Positions 49,657-60,906 are shown, counted from the first letter of the stretch. The stretch is 64,000 bases of DNA from Squalus acanthias (GCA_030390025.1 CM059431.1:142416001-142480000), one strand, 5' to 3'. The notes: generated from the letters alone by a model not told the origin. Made by a program: numbers and translations.

Positions 49657-51242
49657 TAGCCCGCTTCTACCTCCTTCCCAAGATCCACAAACAGGACCGC
49701 CCCGGTAGACCCATCGTTTCAGCCTGTTCTTGCCCCACGGAACTTATCTCTTCCTATCTCGACTCTATTTTTTCTCCCCTTGTCCAGTCTCTTCCCACCT
49801 ACATCCGCGACTCTTCCGATGCCCTCCGCCATTTTAACAGTTTCCAGTTTCCCGGCCCCAACCGTCTCCTCTTCACTATGGACGTACAATCCCTCTACAC
49901 CTCCATTCCCCACCAGGATGGCCTGAGGGCGCTCCGCTTCTTCCTTGAACAGAGGCCCAACCAGTCCCCATCCACCACCACCCTCCTCCGCCTGGCTGAA
50001 CTTGTTCTCACATTGAACAACTTCTCCTTTGACTCTACCCATTTCCTCCAAATTAAAGGTGTTGCTATGGGTACCCGCATGGGTCCTAGCTATGCCTGCC
50101 TTTTCGTGGGATATGTGGAACACTCTTTGTTCCAGTCCTACTCGGGTCCCCTCCCTCACCTCTTTTTCCGGTACATTGATGACTGTATCGGTGCCGTCTC
50201 CTGCTCTCGCCCTGAACTAGAACATTTCATTCACTATGCTTCCAATTTCCACCCTTCCCTCACCTTCACATGGTCCATCTCCGACTCTTCCCTTCCCTTC
50301 CTCGACTTCTCCATCTCCATCTCTGGGGATAGGTTATTGACTAACATTCACTACAAGCCCACTGACTCCCACAGCTACCTGTACTACACTTCCTCCCACC
50401 CCGCCTCCTGTAAGGACTCTATTCCATTCTCCCAGTTTCTCCGTCTCCGCCGCATCTGCTCTGATGATGCCACCTTCCATACCAGTGCTTCCGACATGGC
50501 TTCCTTTTTCCTCAACCGAGGATTCCCCTCTACCGTGGTCGACGCGGCCATCGACCGTGTCCGTTCTATCTCCCGCACTTCTGCCCTCACCCCTGCCCCT
50601 CCCTCCCAGAACCACGATAGGGTTCCCCTTGTCCTCACCTTTCACTCCACCAGCCTTCACATTCAACGGATCATCCTCCGCCATTTCCGCCACCTCCAGC
50701 GTGATCCCACCACCAAACACATCTTTCCCTCACCTCCCCTTTCAGCATTCCGCAGGGACCGCTCCCTCCGCGACACCCTAGTCCACTCCTCTACCACCCC
50801 CAGCACCCCTTCCCCTTCGCCCGGCACCTTCCCGTGCACGCGCAGGAGATGCAACACATGCCCTTACACCTCCCCTCTTCCCACTGTCCAGGGCCCCAAA
50901 CACCCCTTCCAGGTGAAACAGCGATTTACTTGTACTTCCTGCAATTTAGTATACTGTATTCGCTGCTCACGATGTGGTCTCCTCTACATTGGGGAGACCA
51001 AACGCTGATTGGGTGACCGCTTTGCGGAACACCTCCGTTCAGTCCGTAAGGGGGACCCCGAGCTCCCGGTGGCCTGTCACTTTAATTCACCGCTTCACTC
51101 CCACTCTGACCTCACCGTCCTCGGCCTATCACACTGTTCCACGGAAGCGCAGCGTAAGCTCGAGGAACAGCACCTCATCTTTCGTTTAGGCACGCTACAG
51201 CCCTCTGGACTCAATATCGAGTTCAACAATTTTAGATCATAA
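49657..51242 (+). pseudogene. Penelope RT + GIY-YIG ORF, N-truncated, one in-frame stop
   Basis: FYLLPKIHK, GRPIVS, MDVQSLYT, GVAMG, RYIDD, FLD and NLVYCIRC..YIGETKR motifs. TGA at 51006-51008 is followed by an in-frame continuation to 51242. Confidence 0.92.
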
Positions 51243-51521
51243 CCTCAGCTCCAATCACATTTATATTTTATTTTTTCCACCCTTTTATTTGCCCCCCCCC
51301 CCACCTTTTTTTTCCTCCTAGAAGCTGGCAGCTGTCCTTCATTCTGCCAGTGGATTTCACACTTCTTTCAGCCTTAATCTGTCACATTAACACCACCTCT
51401 AGCCTTGCATATCTCTTAATGTCTCTTAATGTCTCTTCATCTCCCCCTTTGTTCCTTTATCCCCTCCCCCTTTTCCCAGCTTTACTCTGGCCTTAAATCT
51501 ATTTGATTTCCGGCTCTTCAC

Positions 51522-51558
51522 AGTTCTGACGAAAGGTCATCGACCTGAAACGTTAACT
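51522..51558 (+). ncRNA. Minimal type I hammerhead ribozyme
   Basis: Stem I AGTT/AACT, core CTGACGA, stem II AGGTC atc GACCT, GAAA, palindromic ACGT stem III. Confidence 0.8.
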
Positions 51559-51834
51559 CTCTTTCTCTCTCCACGGATGCTGCCTGGCCTGCTGAGTTTT
51601 TCCAGCGTTTTCTGTTGTTATTTCAGATTTCCAGCATCCGCAGTATTTTGCTATCGTATGGGTAATTGTTTCTTTGTTAATCTGGCTATGGTTTCTTTCT
51701 TTTCCAAGTGATACTGGTTAGTTTAAAAAAAATTGATCTGGATTGAATTGGAGTTATTGAGGTTAATTAACCTATTAAAACCAGACTTGTATTGTGCACG
51801 GTGAAATTCTGGTTGGTATAAATTTGTGTAGACC

Positions 51835-53160
51835 ACATTGAATAAGATATTTAATGGTCTGAAACCAGACTTTAAAATATTTACAGTCTTGGATACAGAA
51901 CGGGTTCTGGCCCATACCATTGGCAGAGGAATCACAAGGGAAATTCGCCTTTACTGTCAGGGATAGACAGGATACATGGACGAGGGTCCCGCAGGAGTTC
52001 CACAATAGTCCAAATATATTCCACCAGGTACTGAGTCAAGCCTTAGACGAGTTAGACCTATCAAAGTATCAGAGTGCCCTACTCCAATATGTCGATGACA
52101 TAATGAATGCATCAGAGGATGCCAAAAGACACATGGGAGCATTACTAGCCACCCTCCAGACACTTAAGAAAGCTGGCTTTAAATTGAACCCAAAAAGGCA
52201 CAGGTTGGACTGTCCAAAGTAAAGTATCTAGGACACGAAATTAACCAGGGGTATAAGGCACTCCTGCAGGAACAAAAGGCAGCCATAAAAGACATGCCAA
52301 GGCCAGTGACCGACCGGGGAGTGAGGAAAGTGTTGGGACTATTTAACTACTGCAGGAATTTTATATCAGACTTTGCAGGGAAAGCAGAGCCGATTCAACG
52401 GTTAGTTAAAGGGGGAAGAAATATTGCCTGGTAATAATTGACCAATTTACCAGATGGGTGAAAACATTTGCCACCCGAGACTGCTCAGCAAGGACAGTAG
52501 GACAAATACTGGCCAGTGAAGTAATACCCAGACGGGGAGTCCCACTCCAAATTGACTCTGATAATGGTACGCATTTAAAAAAAAATAATGAAGGAAACTT
52601 GTAAGCTGTTAAATGTAACACAAAAATACCACATACCATATCATCCCCAGAGCTCGGGGATGGTAGAAAGAATGAATAGGACACTGAAAAACACGCTGAC
52701 AAAAGCCATCCAAGAAACAGGGAAGGGATGGTTGGAATTACTACCCAGCATATTAATGAGGCTGCGAGCCACGCCAGGATGCACGACCGGACTGACCCCT
52801 TATGAATTAATGACAGGACGAGTTATGAGACTGCCAGAGGATCTGGCTGGAGGGTTGGGAGAACCAGGACCAGTACAAGATAGATTAAGACAATATTTAG
52901 TACAACTAAACCAGGAGGTACCAGCACTAAATACAGAAGTAATGAACCAGCAACAGATTAAAGATCTGGAGAGACAAAATACTGGACTTAAACCAGAGGA
53001 GTTGCCCAAAATTGGCCAACAGGTAATGACGCAAGTTATTAGAAGAAAGGGAAAGGAACCTCGGTGGATGGGGTCATATACTGTATTAATGACAATTGAT
53101 ACATGTGTTTGTCTACAGGAACCTCCGTTTGCCCACAGGAAGAAAACAAATTGGATGTAA
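51835..53160 (+). pseudogene. pol: Retroviral pol remnant: RT core fused by deletion to integrase core
   Basis: FTVLD..NGFW, FAFT, PQEFHNSP and QYVDD, then at ~52415 directly YCLVIIDQFTRWV, DSDNG, YHPQSSGMVERMNRTLK and GLTPYELMTGR. Several frameshifts. Confidence 0.9.
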
Positions 53161-53885
53161 GATGGAGACACTGGAGCCAGACCAAGCCGTTGATGGGGCA
53201 CGGGGAAGAGATTTCCCCATCTCTTGGGGACCCTATAATTAAAAGGAAATAATAACGAGTATTGACCTGTCTTTTCTCCCCTATATTTGATCAGGACCGG
53301 ATTTCGAAGAGCTAAGTCGATTCTTCGGGTTGCTATTTTACCTGTCTCTTTCTTACAGAATAGTGGGCCCGACCGCAGTACTGCCACCACTTCCGGGGAT
53401 GGGATCCTGCGAACTCTCTTTACTGTACGACTCTAACCTTCCCCGGGACTCACCCCTTGACTCTAGAGTTCCGATTATCTCCCCTTTGTGGTAGGACTAC
53501 CGGACTCCTCGCTCTACATCCCAACTGAACTCAGAATTTTTTATTCACCCTACCCGTCGCAGAGGAGATAGACCGGTTCCGAGACACAGCTGCTCTTTTG
53601 GAACCGCTGGTGTCGGGACTGAAGGACCTTCCACAGGGGATATCCACTCCCTTTTATAGGCCCTCCTACCTCCGAAGGAGGACAGTGCAACCTGTCTTCA
53701 CACATTCCCGTCCGATGGCTCCTAACCCTCACCGATTTATATTAATTCAGACAAGTTACATTGAGCCACTGTCACAAGACCACCGCCTCCGCCTCAATGC
53801 CATGTAAGAAGTAGCCTTATCCCCTCTCCGAGCCTTGCACACACGGCTAATAGCAGGACAGACTAGAAGGGGGGCCAGAGACAGG

Positions 53886-53909
53886 CAGAGAGAGAGAGAG
53901 AGAGAGAGA
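53886..53909. repeat. (AG)n microsatellite inside the provirus
   Basis: Direct reading of the sequence. Confidence 0.9.
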
Positions 53910-54499
53910 AAGCCTGCTAGTTACCACAAGCCAGTGCTGAGACTGTTAAACTAGCTGGACTCTTTATGCCTAGCGGTGATATACGATAACGATGGGATGG
54001 CTTATCATGGGAATGATAGGGTTACTGTTCGGGGAACAAACAACACCCACCATGGCGCTGGGGTTCTGTGTCGACCGGCCGGGAGCTCCTTTTTTCTGTG
54101 AGATGACCACTGGTCCACATAAAACACACAACGGGTCTGTACCAGTAGAATCACAGGAAGAAAGGACAATAAGAAATATGACGTAAGTTACTGTTTTCTG
54201 CAAGAATGTGCTATTTTGTTTTGTTTTATCTGTTATGTTCGTGCTTAGTTAAAGTGTAAAAACACAACTGTTTTTTGGATCGGGAAGTTTTTTTTAAATT
54301 TACGTGAAGTGACGCAATTGCGTGCGCCTGACAATGTTTTGTTCCACCTTCTTAAAGACCTGCAAAGGAGTTAACCCTGTCCACTGACAGCTGTTTAAGT
54401 TCACCGAGCAACAACTTTAGTATGACATTTAAAGATATTGGACATTATTAAATTTAAGTTTCTTAATTTTAATTTAACATTTCCCAGAAGGAAAATTAT

Positions 54500-56186
54500 G
54501 ATTTGATTAATTAACCCATTGGGGTTGAAGCAGAGTCACAATGGATTCTCTTCTTTCTTTTGTTATATGGAAGTTACCTTGTAAACTAATTGCAGCACTT
54601 CTGTCTCTAATGTTAAAACACTGTGTAAACCACCTAGCCTGGAAATCACTTGTTTCTGAAATTGGAATTGATAAGATAAATTGATAGAAATGAAATTGAA
54701 CATTGACAAAACCTGTCAGTTCAATAATACTGCTGTTTGGATTTTGCGATAATGTTGTAATAACAAAATGGACTCAGGCATTATATATTGGGTTACTTTT
54801 GGAAAAATAAAAGATCCTCTAAAATAATGATAAATAAAAAACATTAATAACTTGGACCAAGGGAGAACATTTGATTTATGTTTTCAATCTTAAATATTCT
54901 ACTGGACAGTAACGTTTCTCCAGGCTCATGAATGAGATATGAATGGTAATTAAAGGGAAGTGATTGAAGGTGTAAGATTGAAACAGGAGAATTACACTAC
55001 TGAATGGGAATTTTAAAAGCTTTCTAGTGAAAGTCAGGAAAGAGTAGCTAAGAATAGTAAATTGATAGCTTTCTCTTGGAGACATTTGTGTCCCTGCCTC
55101 TAATGAACCTTTTTAAGAAAACTGAATTTGATAGTCCGGCCACTACATCGGTACCATGCAGAGGAAGATGGACAAAGACCTCCAGACAATCTTTTGATAA
55201 GATACCTGAAAGCCCGAGAAAGGCACATGTGGCATGATATGGAGATACCGATATGAGTGTGCAAATGTGATTTGTTACGTATGAAGCAATTACCATCCGC
55301 AAATGTATGTTGATTTGCACTGAAGAACGGGTCTCAGACATGCTCAGTTACTTGACAACAGCAAGACATGAAATGTTTAATGTGGCTCAGGAGAGCGAGA
55401 CAACTTTTAAAGCATTACCACATACTGCATCGAGAAACTATCTAATTAATGAAACAATCAGAATAGAGTTAAACACACTGGTACCTGTTAGAGGGATTGA
55501 TAATTGAAGTTGAAGTGGAGAGTTACCTGGAATCTGGATTGGGACAATTCAGGGCTAAGGAGAAATCATGTTTAGCAAGAGTTATCCACAAGATGGATAC
55601 GAGTAAAAGAGAGATCTGGAGAATCTTTTAAGTCCATGATTTGTTGATTAGATGTTAAACTGTAATGTCGCTTGAAATGATTGTAAGACTGAATTTAACC
55701 GTGACTAATAATTGTGTTTTGTAGGTAACAGAGCGTGGGAAAAACCTGTGCGAATCCAGTAATGAGGTGGTTTTGGTGGTGCCTCCTGTGTCACTACTAC
55801 CGCAACTACCATGCTTTATGGGTCTAACAGGACTTGTCCTATCAAACAATACATTTTTAAGTATGAACTGCACAATTATGTGGCACAATTCGGATACTAC
55901 ATTCCCCTGTTGTCTAAGGGTATCAGTGAGCTCATGATGCGACTGAACTCCTCCCTAAAGCATTTTTATGTTTTGGAGGAAGACAACTCGAGAATAGATA
56001 TTGAAATTGACAGCAGAGGACGACTCACACTGGTGGGATATTGGGCTTAATATATCAGCACACCCTTATATTTGTATTATTTCACATGCTCTGGTAGTTC
56101 TCCAACTTGTAATGATAGTGTATTTGATATATGTAACCTATGTAGTAAGATACATAAGCCAATTGGGTACTCATGCCTATGATTAA
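54500..56186 (+). pseudogene. env: env-like remnant
   Basis: It lies after pol. Cys-containing fragments lead into a heptad-like ISELMMRLNSSLKHFYVLEEDNSRIDIEI, then Trp-rich HWWDIG and the hydrophobic IISHALVVLQLVMIVYLIYV. The 5' boundary is uncertain. Confidence 0.55.
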
Positions 56187-56340
56187 CCAGCACTAACAAA
56201 TTAATTGAGCACACCGAAAGAGAAGATCCGAAGCAACGTAGAGGAGACCCCAGGCGGGGTAACATCAGGAAAGATAGAAGAAACAGAGGATACCCCAAGC
56301 GGCAGAAGTGGAAAACCGGAACAGTGAATTGAATTTAATG

Positions 56341-56614
56341 ATGGTGAAAGGTGACCACATGGGTGGATGACATTTGGGACTGGGGACTAAAGACACAGAT
56401 TCATCCATGGATTCGACTGATTTCACATGTATTAGTCGTGGTGCAGTTAATAATTGTCCTGACCTTGTTATGTATGACATGCAGGAAATGTAAACGGACT
56501 CGGTCAAAACAAATTGCAAAGCAAGTGGTTAAAAGTGTTAATGCTTATACTGCTCCTACTCCAAGCGTTTCAGATGATAAATTTAACAATTTGTTGGAAA
56601 AATCAAGTGTATGA
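56341..56614 (+). CDS. Small single-pass membrane ORF paralogous to the env anchor
   Basis: IWDWGLKTQIHPWIRLISHVLVVVQLIIVLTLLCMTCRKCKRTRSK. The frame is open from 56348 to 56614, and the ATG at 56341 is one base out of frame. Confidence 0.5.
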
Positions 56615-56989
56615 ATAATGAAGCAATTGTATAATGAATCAGGGAATGTCGAAATTAACTTTACTCATCTGATGCATACCTGGTGCCGAGACGGGTGGCC
56701 ACCCCGACAGGATTCACACCAGACCATATGCAGCAAATGTGCGGCCTACCTGGAATAGCCAAAGGCCTAGGGGTGGGGGGGGGGGGGGGGGTGGGGGCAA
56801 GTATAGAACAAATTGGGAGTCGGGGGGGGTGGGGGGTGGGGTTTACAGGTAAAATTTAATAATTCGTGCTATTTGATCCGGGAAAACCTATATGCGTTTC
56901 TGACATATTATAAACTCACTAGCTTATCACACTATTTAGCGTAGAGAGCTCACTCTCCAACCCCCTTCAAGGGTCCTTTCCGGGGGATT

Positions 56990-57000
56990 GGAAGGGGGGA
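56990..57000 (+). promoter_or_regulatory. Polypurine tract
   Basis: GGAAGGGGGGA directly before the 3' LTR. Confidence 0.85.
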
Positions 57001-57001
57001 C

Positions 57002-57715
57002 TGAAGGATCCAGCTTGTTCCCAAAGAATTCTGGCATACTTGACTATGTTAACTGAAAAGGTTCAGCTTGTTTCCAATGAATTCTGGGATACTTGACTAT
57101 GCAGGTTTAGCTGACTGAAACACATTTGCAGACAGCAAGGGGCCTCTTCTCTTATCAAACTTCGGAATGTGTGTATTCACAGCCTCAGTAGAGCCATTGT
57201 CGAAACACAGCCTGGCCTCCCAAGAGATAAGGGGGCAATTAACGACCAACACTGTTCCAGTTACAGCCATTACGGCCTTGAGCCATCCCGCTTGTTCGAC
57301 AGTTAGGGATGAAATATGTTTTCTCAAACTATTAACTATGCCTACAAAGGGGAAGAGATAACAGCAAGAATTTAGGGAGTAGGAAGAGACAACCAACATC
57401 TGTGGCTGGCATGGTCAGGAGGTATCCACGTTCAAGGGGAGGGCCCGACAGTTGAGTGACTAACCATATAACCAATAGAGAGTAACTGTAGTGACACTTT
57501 TTGTACATGTAGGCCCCATTCTGTAGTAAGTGGGCGGTGCTTATAGAAATGTATAACTTGAATGAACCGTTACTTGTCCCTCAGAGAGTGCATCCCTAGA
57601 TTGAGGAAGCTGAGTGGCTCTCCCTTGTGCACAAGTCTTTTGTTTGTTTTAATAAATTCTGAACTTGTCCTCAATTCCGTCTCCGTCTGAGGTTTCTCCA
57701 AATTCGAATCTAACA
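57002..57715 (+). repeat. 3' LTR (714 bp)
   Basis: About 15 substitutions plus one 10-bp indel versus the 5' LTR, by manual count. Confidence 0.95.
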
Positions 57716-57719
57716 ATAT

Positions 57720-58180
57720 AGAATCATAGAAACTCACAGCACAGAAGGAGGACATTCGGCCCGTCGTGCCTGTGCTGGCTTAGAAAGAGCAGCCGTGCTG
57801 TATTTCCATATTAGTCCTCCCAAATTGCATCACTTCACTCTTCTCCGCATTGACCTCCATCTGCCATGCTTCTGCCCATTTCACTCTCCTGTCTGTGTCA
57901 TCCTGAAGTCGACAACTATCCTCATCATTATCTATTAAGGTGCCAATTTCGTGAAATTTGCAAACCTTATAATGCTGTTCGAGTCAAGTTCGTTTATAAA
58001 AGTTGCAAAGAGTAAAAGACCCAAAACAGACCCTTGGGGAACACCACTGGAAACCACCTCCCCGTCTGAAAAACACACATCCATCATAGCCCTTTACTTC
58101 CTATCACAGAGCCAATTCCGTATCCATACCATCACTTTTCCCTTACTTCCATGGTCTTCCATCTTCTTAACAAGCCTCCT
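57720..58180 (-). mobile_element. CR1 tail and internally deleted RT fragment
   Basis: gaatcatagaa...cacagaaggaggacattcggccc tail and a ttggggaacaccactg (GVPQG antisense) remnant. Confidence 0.7.
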
Positions 58181-58646
58181 GTCTGTGTGTGATATTTATA
58201 CAGAAAGTTAGTGTTTATGTGATGAGTGCGATGCATTATATTTGGGCCAGTTTAAAGTTTATTTTATAACATGATAAATCTTTTTATAAAATATAAATAT
58301 ATATAATTGTCTGTGATCATTGTTTTATCTGTGTGCTAGTTATAAATATATTTGTGTGTATCGTTGTGTTATTTGTCATTGTATGTGTGTGTGTGTGTGT
58401 CTGTGTTATGTATAAATATATTTGTGTGTAATTTATAAGTACCATATTGAGAAATAAATATATACAAAATACATTTGGAATGAAGACTGATGTACTCCAA
58501 TAAAGGAATAAATACTCCAGGAACATGGGAAAACATTTGTACCATTTGTAACCAGCATTTACATGTAAAATAATCAAAATAATTTTGCATCCAAAATGGA
58601 TAGAACCAATTAGATATAAAATTATCGCAGTAACTTAATTTATTTT

Positions 58647-58718
58647 TCCTTGCTGATCTAGGAGTTAGGATTCGGCGCTTTCGTTGTCTCGGCCTGTGTT
58701 CGAGTCCCAGTTAGAAAT
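58647..58718 (+). pseudogene. tRNA-Glu(TTC) pseudogene
   Basis: TCCTTGCTGATCTAGGAGTTAGGATTCGGCGCTTTC...GTTCGAGTCCCAGTTAG, with many stem mismatches. Confidence 0.7.
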
Positions 58719-58997
58719 TAAAGCACAGCTTTTAATTCAGTTATTTCCATGCATCTGCTGTGAGAGAAAAAGCCTATTGTTTTAATCCCCATTAATGAAC
58801 TGATGACCTTCTTTTGCAGATGAAAGAAATGATGAATAATCGAGAGTCGATACTTCAATATTTTTTATGTGATGAACTGTTACCCATATCTCATTTCACA
58901 CATAGGAGGCTGGTTGAAAATGTTCATTGCTTCTGACACCAGGAATCTGGTGTTACTTTTGTTAAATTTAACAGGACGGGTCATTTCTCTGCCACAA

Positions 58998-59064
58998 GGT
59001 TCGCGCCCGGGTCCGGGACATTCCGCGCGTGAGGCGAAGGTGATAACCGCTCCAGTCCGGAAAC
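58998..59064 (-). pseudogene. tRNA-Val(CAC) pseudogene
   Basis: GTTTCCGGACTGGAGCGGTTATCACCTTCGCCTCACGCGCG..., with the T-loop/B box deleted. Confidence 0.75.
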
Positions 59065-59264
59065 CAGCGCTTCACCGCACACACACTGTTCAGCGAGATG
59101 CTCAATTCCTCTTTCTGCAAATTCATCGCTAGTGAACCGACAATTCCCGGGTGCTGGTTTTCAGACTTACATCAGCAACCTTTTAAATAAAGTCATGTCA
59201 CCGCGAACCAGCTCTCCTGCAATCGCTGCGGTCTTCCTTCCAGCCTTTCCGTGACTCGTTTATT

Positions 59265-59345
59265 CCGAAGTATTCTGATTGTCATCGAGCTGAAACGTTA
59301 ACTCTCTTTCTCTCTCCAAAGATGCTGCATGACCTGCTGGAAATG
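59265..59345 (+). mobile_element. Penelope terminal-repeat remnant with broken hammerhead
   Basis: gtcatcgagctgaaacgttaactctctttctctctcca..gatgctgc matches 51536-51595. The core is partly deleted. Confidence 0.7.
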
Positions 59346-60099
59346 TTTACAGAGTTAGATGAAGTAGGGTGGGAGGTAGCTCATAAGGAGACTAAAAACA
59401 CGGGCATGGACCTGTTGGGCTGAATGGCCTGTTTCCCTGCTGTAAATACCGTGTAATACAGCACAAATATTCCCCCGTGCAAACTTCATCTACTTGTGCA
59501 ACATTTTAAGTTGTTCCAGGCTTCAACTGTTCAAATGTTTACCAGCGGTTCGCTGCTGGTGTAGACCAATTTCACTGAATGATTTTCTGACGCGGAGATG
59601 AGAGTGCTGGAACTGAGTCAAAGCTAAGCTGAACCCCAGCTCTGTTCTTGTATTGTTTTGTGGATTGTTTGGTATCATCCTATTTTTTTATTCCAAGTTA
59701 TGAATGTTCTGACCCTCGGTTGTTGAATAAAATGATCACAAATCCTCAATGACCGACACTCAACATTTTCTCAGCTTCCACACCCACAATCTCCAAATAG
59801 TGTTGTAAATGCCATGAAAATATTCAATCCACTTTTATATTAATAGTAATTATAATCCAAGGTCATCTCTCTTGATTAATCGAATCACATTCTAGGTGGA
59901 GTGGGTCTTTATCAATGCTTTGGTTGAAGGCTTGTGCACGAGGAAGATTATTTAAGCTTTTGTGGCACTGAAACTTAACATTTAAACTTCAATAATATTG
60001 GTCACATGCAGTTGGTGTAAGTGTTCTGTTGGTCCGCGGGGGCCGAGTGACTCAGCCACGGATTATTAATCAATTGTGTGAAGTTCACGTGGATTTGAA

Positions 60100-60542
60100 T
60101 TCCGCCCTAACTCGCATCAAGTCCCGTTCAACCATCGCGACTGTGCTCGCTGACCTACAGTGTCTCCCGGATAAGCAATGCCAAGATATTCAAAATCTCA
60201 TCCTCGTTTTCAAATCCTTCCATGGCCCCGCCTCTCCCTATCGCTGTAATCTCACCCAGCCCTTCAACCCTCAGAGATTTCTGCGCTCCTCTAATTCTGG
60301 CCTCTTGTGCATCCCCGATTTTAATCGCTCCACCATTGGGGACTTTGCCTTCATTTTGAGAAGGCCCTAAGCTCCAGAATTCCCTCCCTAATCCTCTCCA
60401 CCTCTCTCTCTGCTCTCTTTCCTTCTTTAAGACGCTCCTTAAAGCAAGCTTTCGGTCATCTGCCCTAATATCTCCTTATGTGATGCGCTGTGGGAGATTT
60501 TAATCCGTTGCAGGCGCTATATCAATACTCGTTGTTGTTGTT
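60100..60542 (+). mobile_element. L2-like 3' fragment
   Basis: KILILVFKSFHG-type peptide (ORF 60029) and a gcgctatatcaatac...gttgttgttg tail. Confidence 0.7.
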
Positions 60543-60906
60543 AGAAACATAGGAGGAGGCCATTCAGCCCCTCGAGCCTGTTCCGCCAATTAATTAGATC
60601 AGGGCTGATCTGTTTCTTAACTCCACCCTCCTGCCTACTTTCCATTATCATATTTGCCTTTTATTTTATCCTTGCTATATACAAGTTTTAGACTGTGATT
60701 GACCTCGTTTAAATTCTGCATCATTTCTCGATTATTGCCGAAACCCCATCGAGCTCCAGAATGGCTTCTCCTAGTTTCACTTCCAGCATCCTGGATGGTG
60801 TGAGTGTTCCAGAGTGTGAGGTCACGGTTGCTGCCATTGAGACAACGATAGGAACATGGGAGAGGTGGGAAACCGCGGGTAGAGGCTGCTGTCAAGGATC
60901 GGTCAC

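Larger units (their letters stand above)
49350..51657 (+). mobile_element. Young 5'-truncated Penelope-like element with inverted terminal repeat, inserted in the provirus
   Basis: 14-bp TSD ATGGGTAATTGTTT at 49336-49349 and 51658-51671. Inverted repeat at 49351-49656 and 51318-51623. Confidence 0.95.
47257..57715 (+). mobile_element. Endogenous retrovirus-like provirus, defective
   Basis: Paired TG...CA LTRs, TSD ATAT (47253-47256 and 57716-57719), PBS, PPT, RT-then-integrase order and env-like transmembrane remnants. Confidence 0.95.

Noticed and set aside
49350..51657. DNA transposon with 306-bp TIRs
   Set aside because: The cargo is Penelope RT/GIY-YIG, and the right repeat extends 34 bp beyond the inverted part, as expected for a Penelope terminal repeat.
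52800..53390. Antisense 196-aa ORF as an HBZ/ASP-like gene
   Set aside because: Mostly the shadow of the integrase frame, with a non-ATG start and no recognisable motif.
54183..55725. Intron from GTAAGT 54183 to ttttgtAG 55724 joining the signal-peptide ORF to the env tail
   Set aside because: The spliced product reads ACG TAA, an immediate stop.
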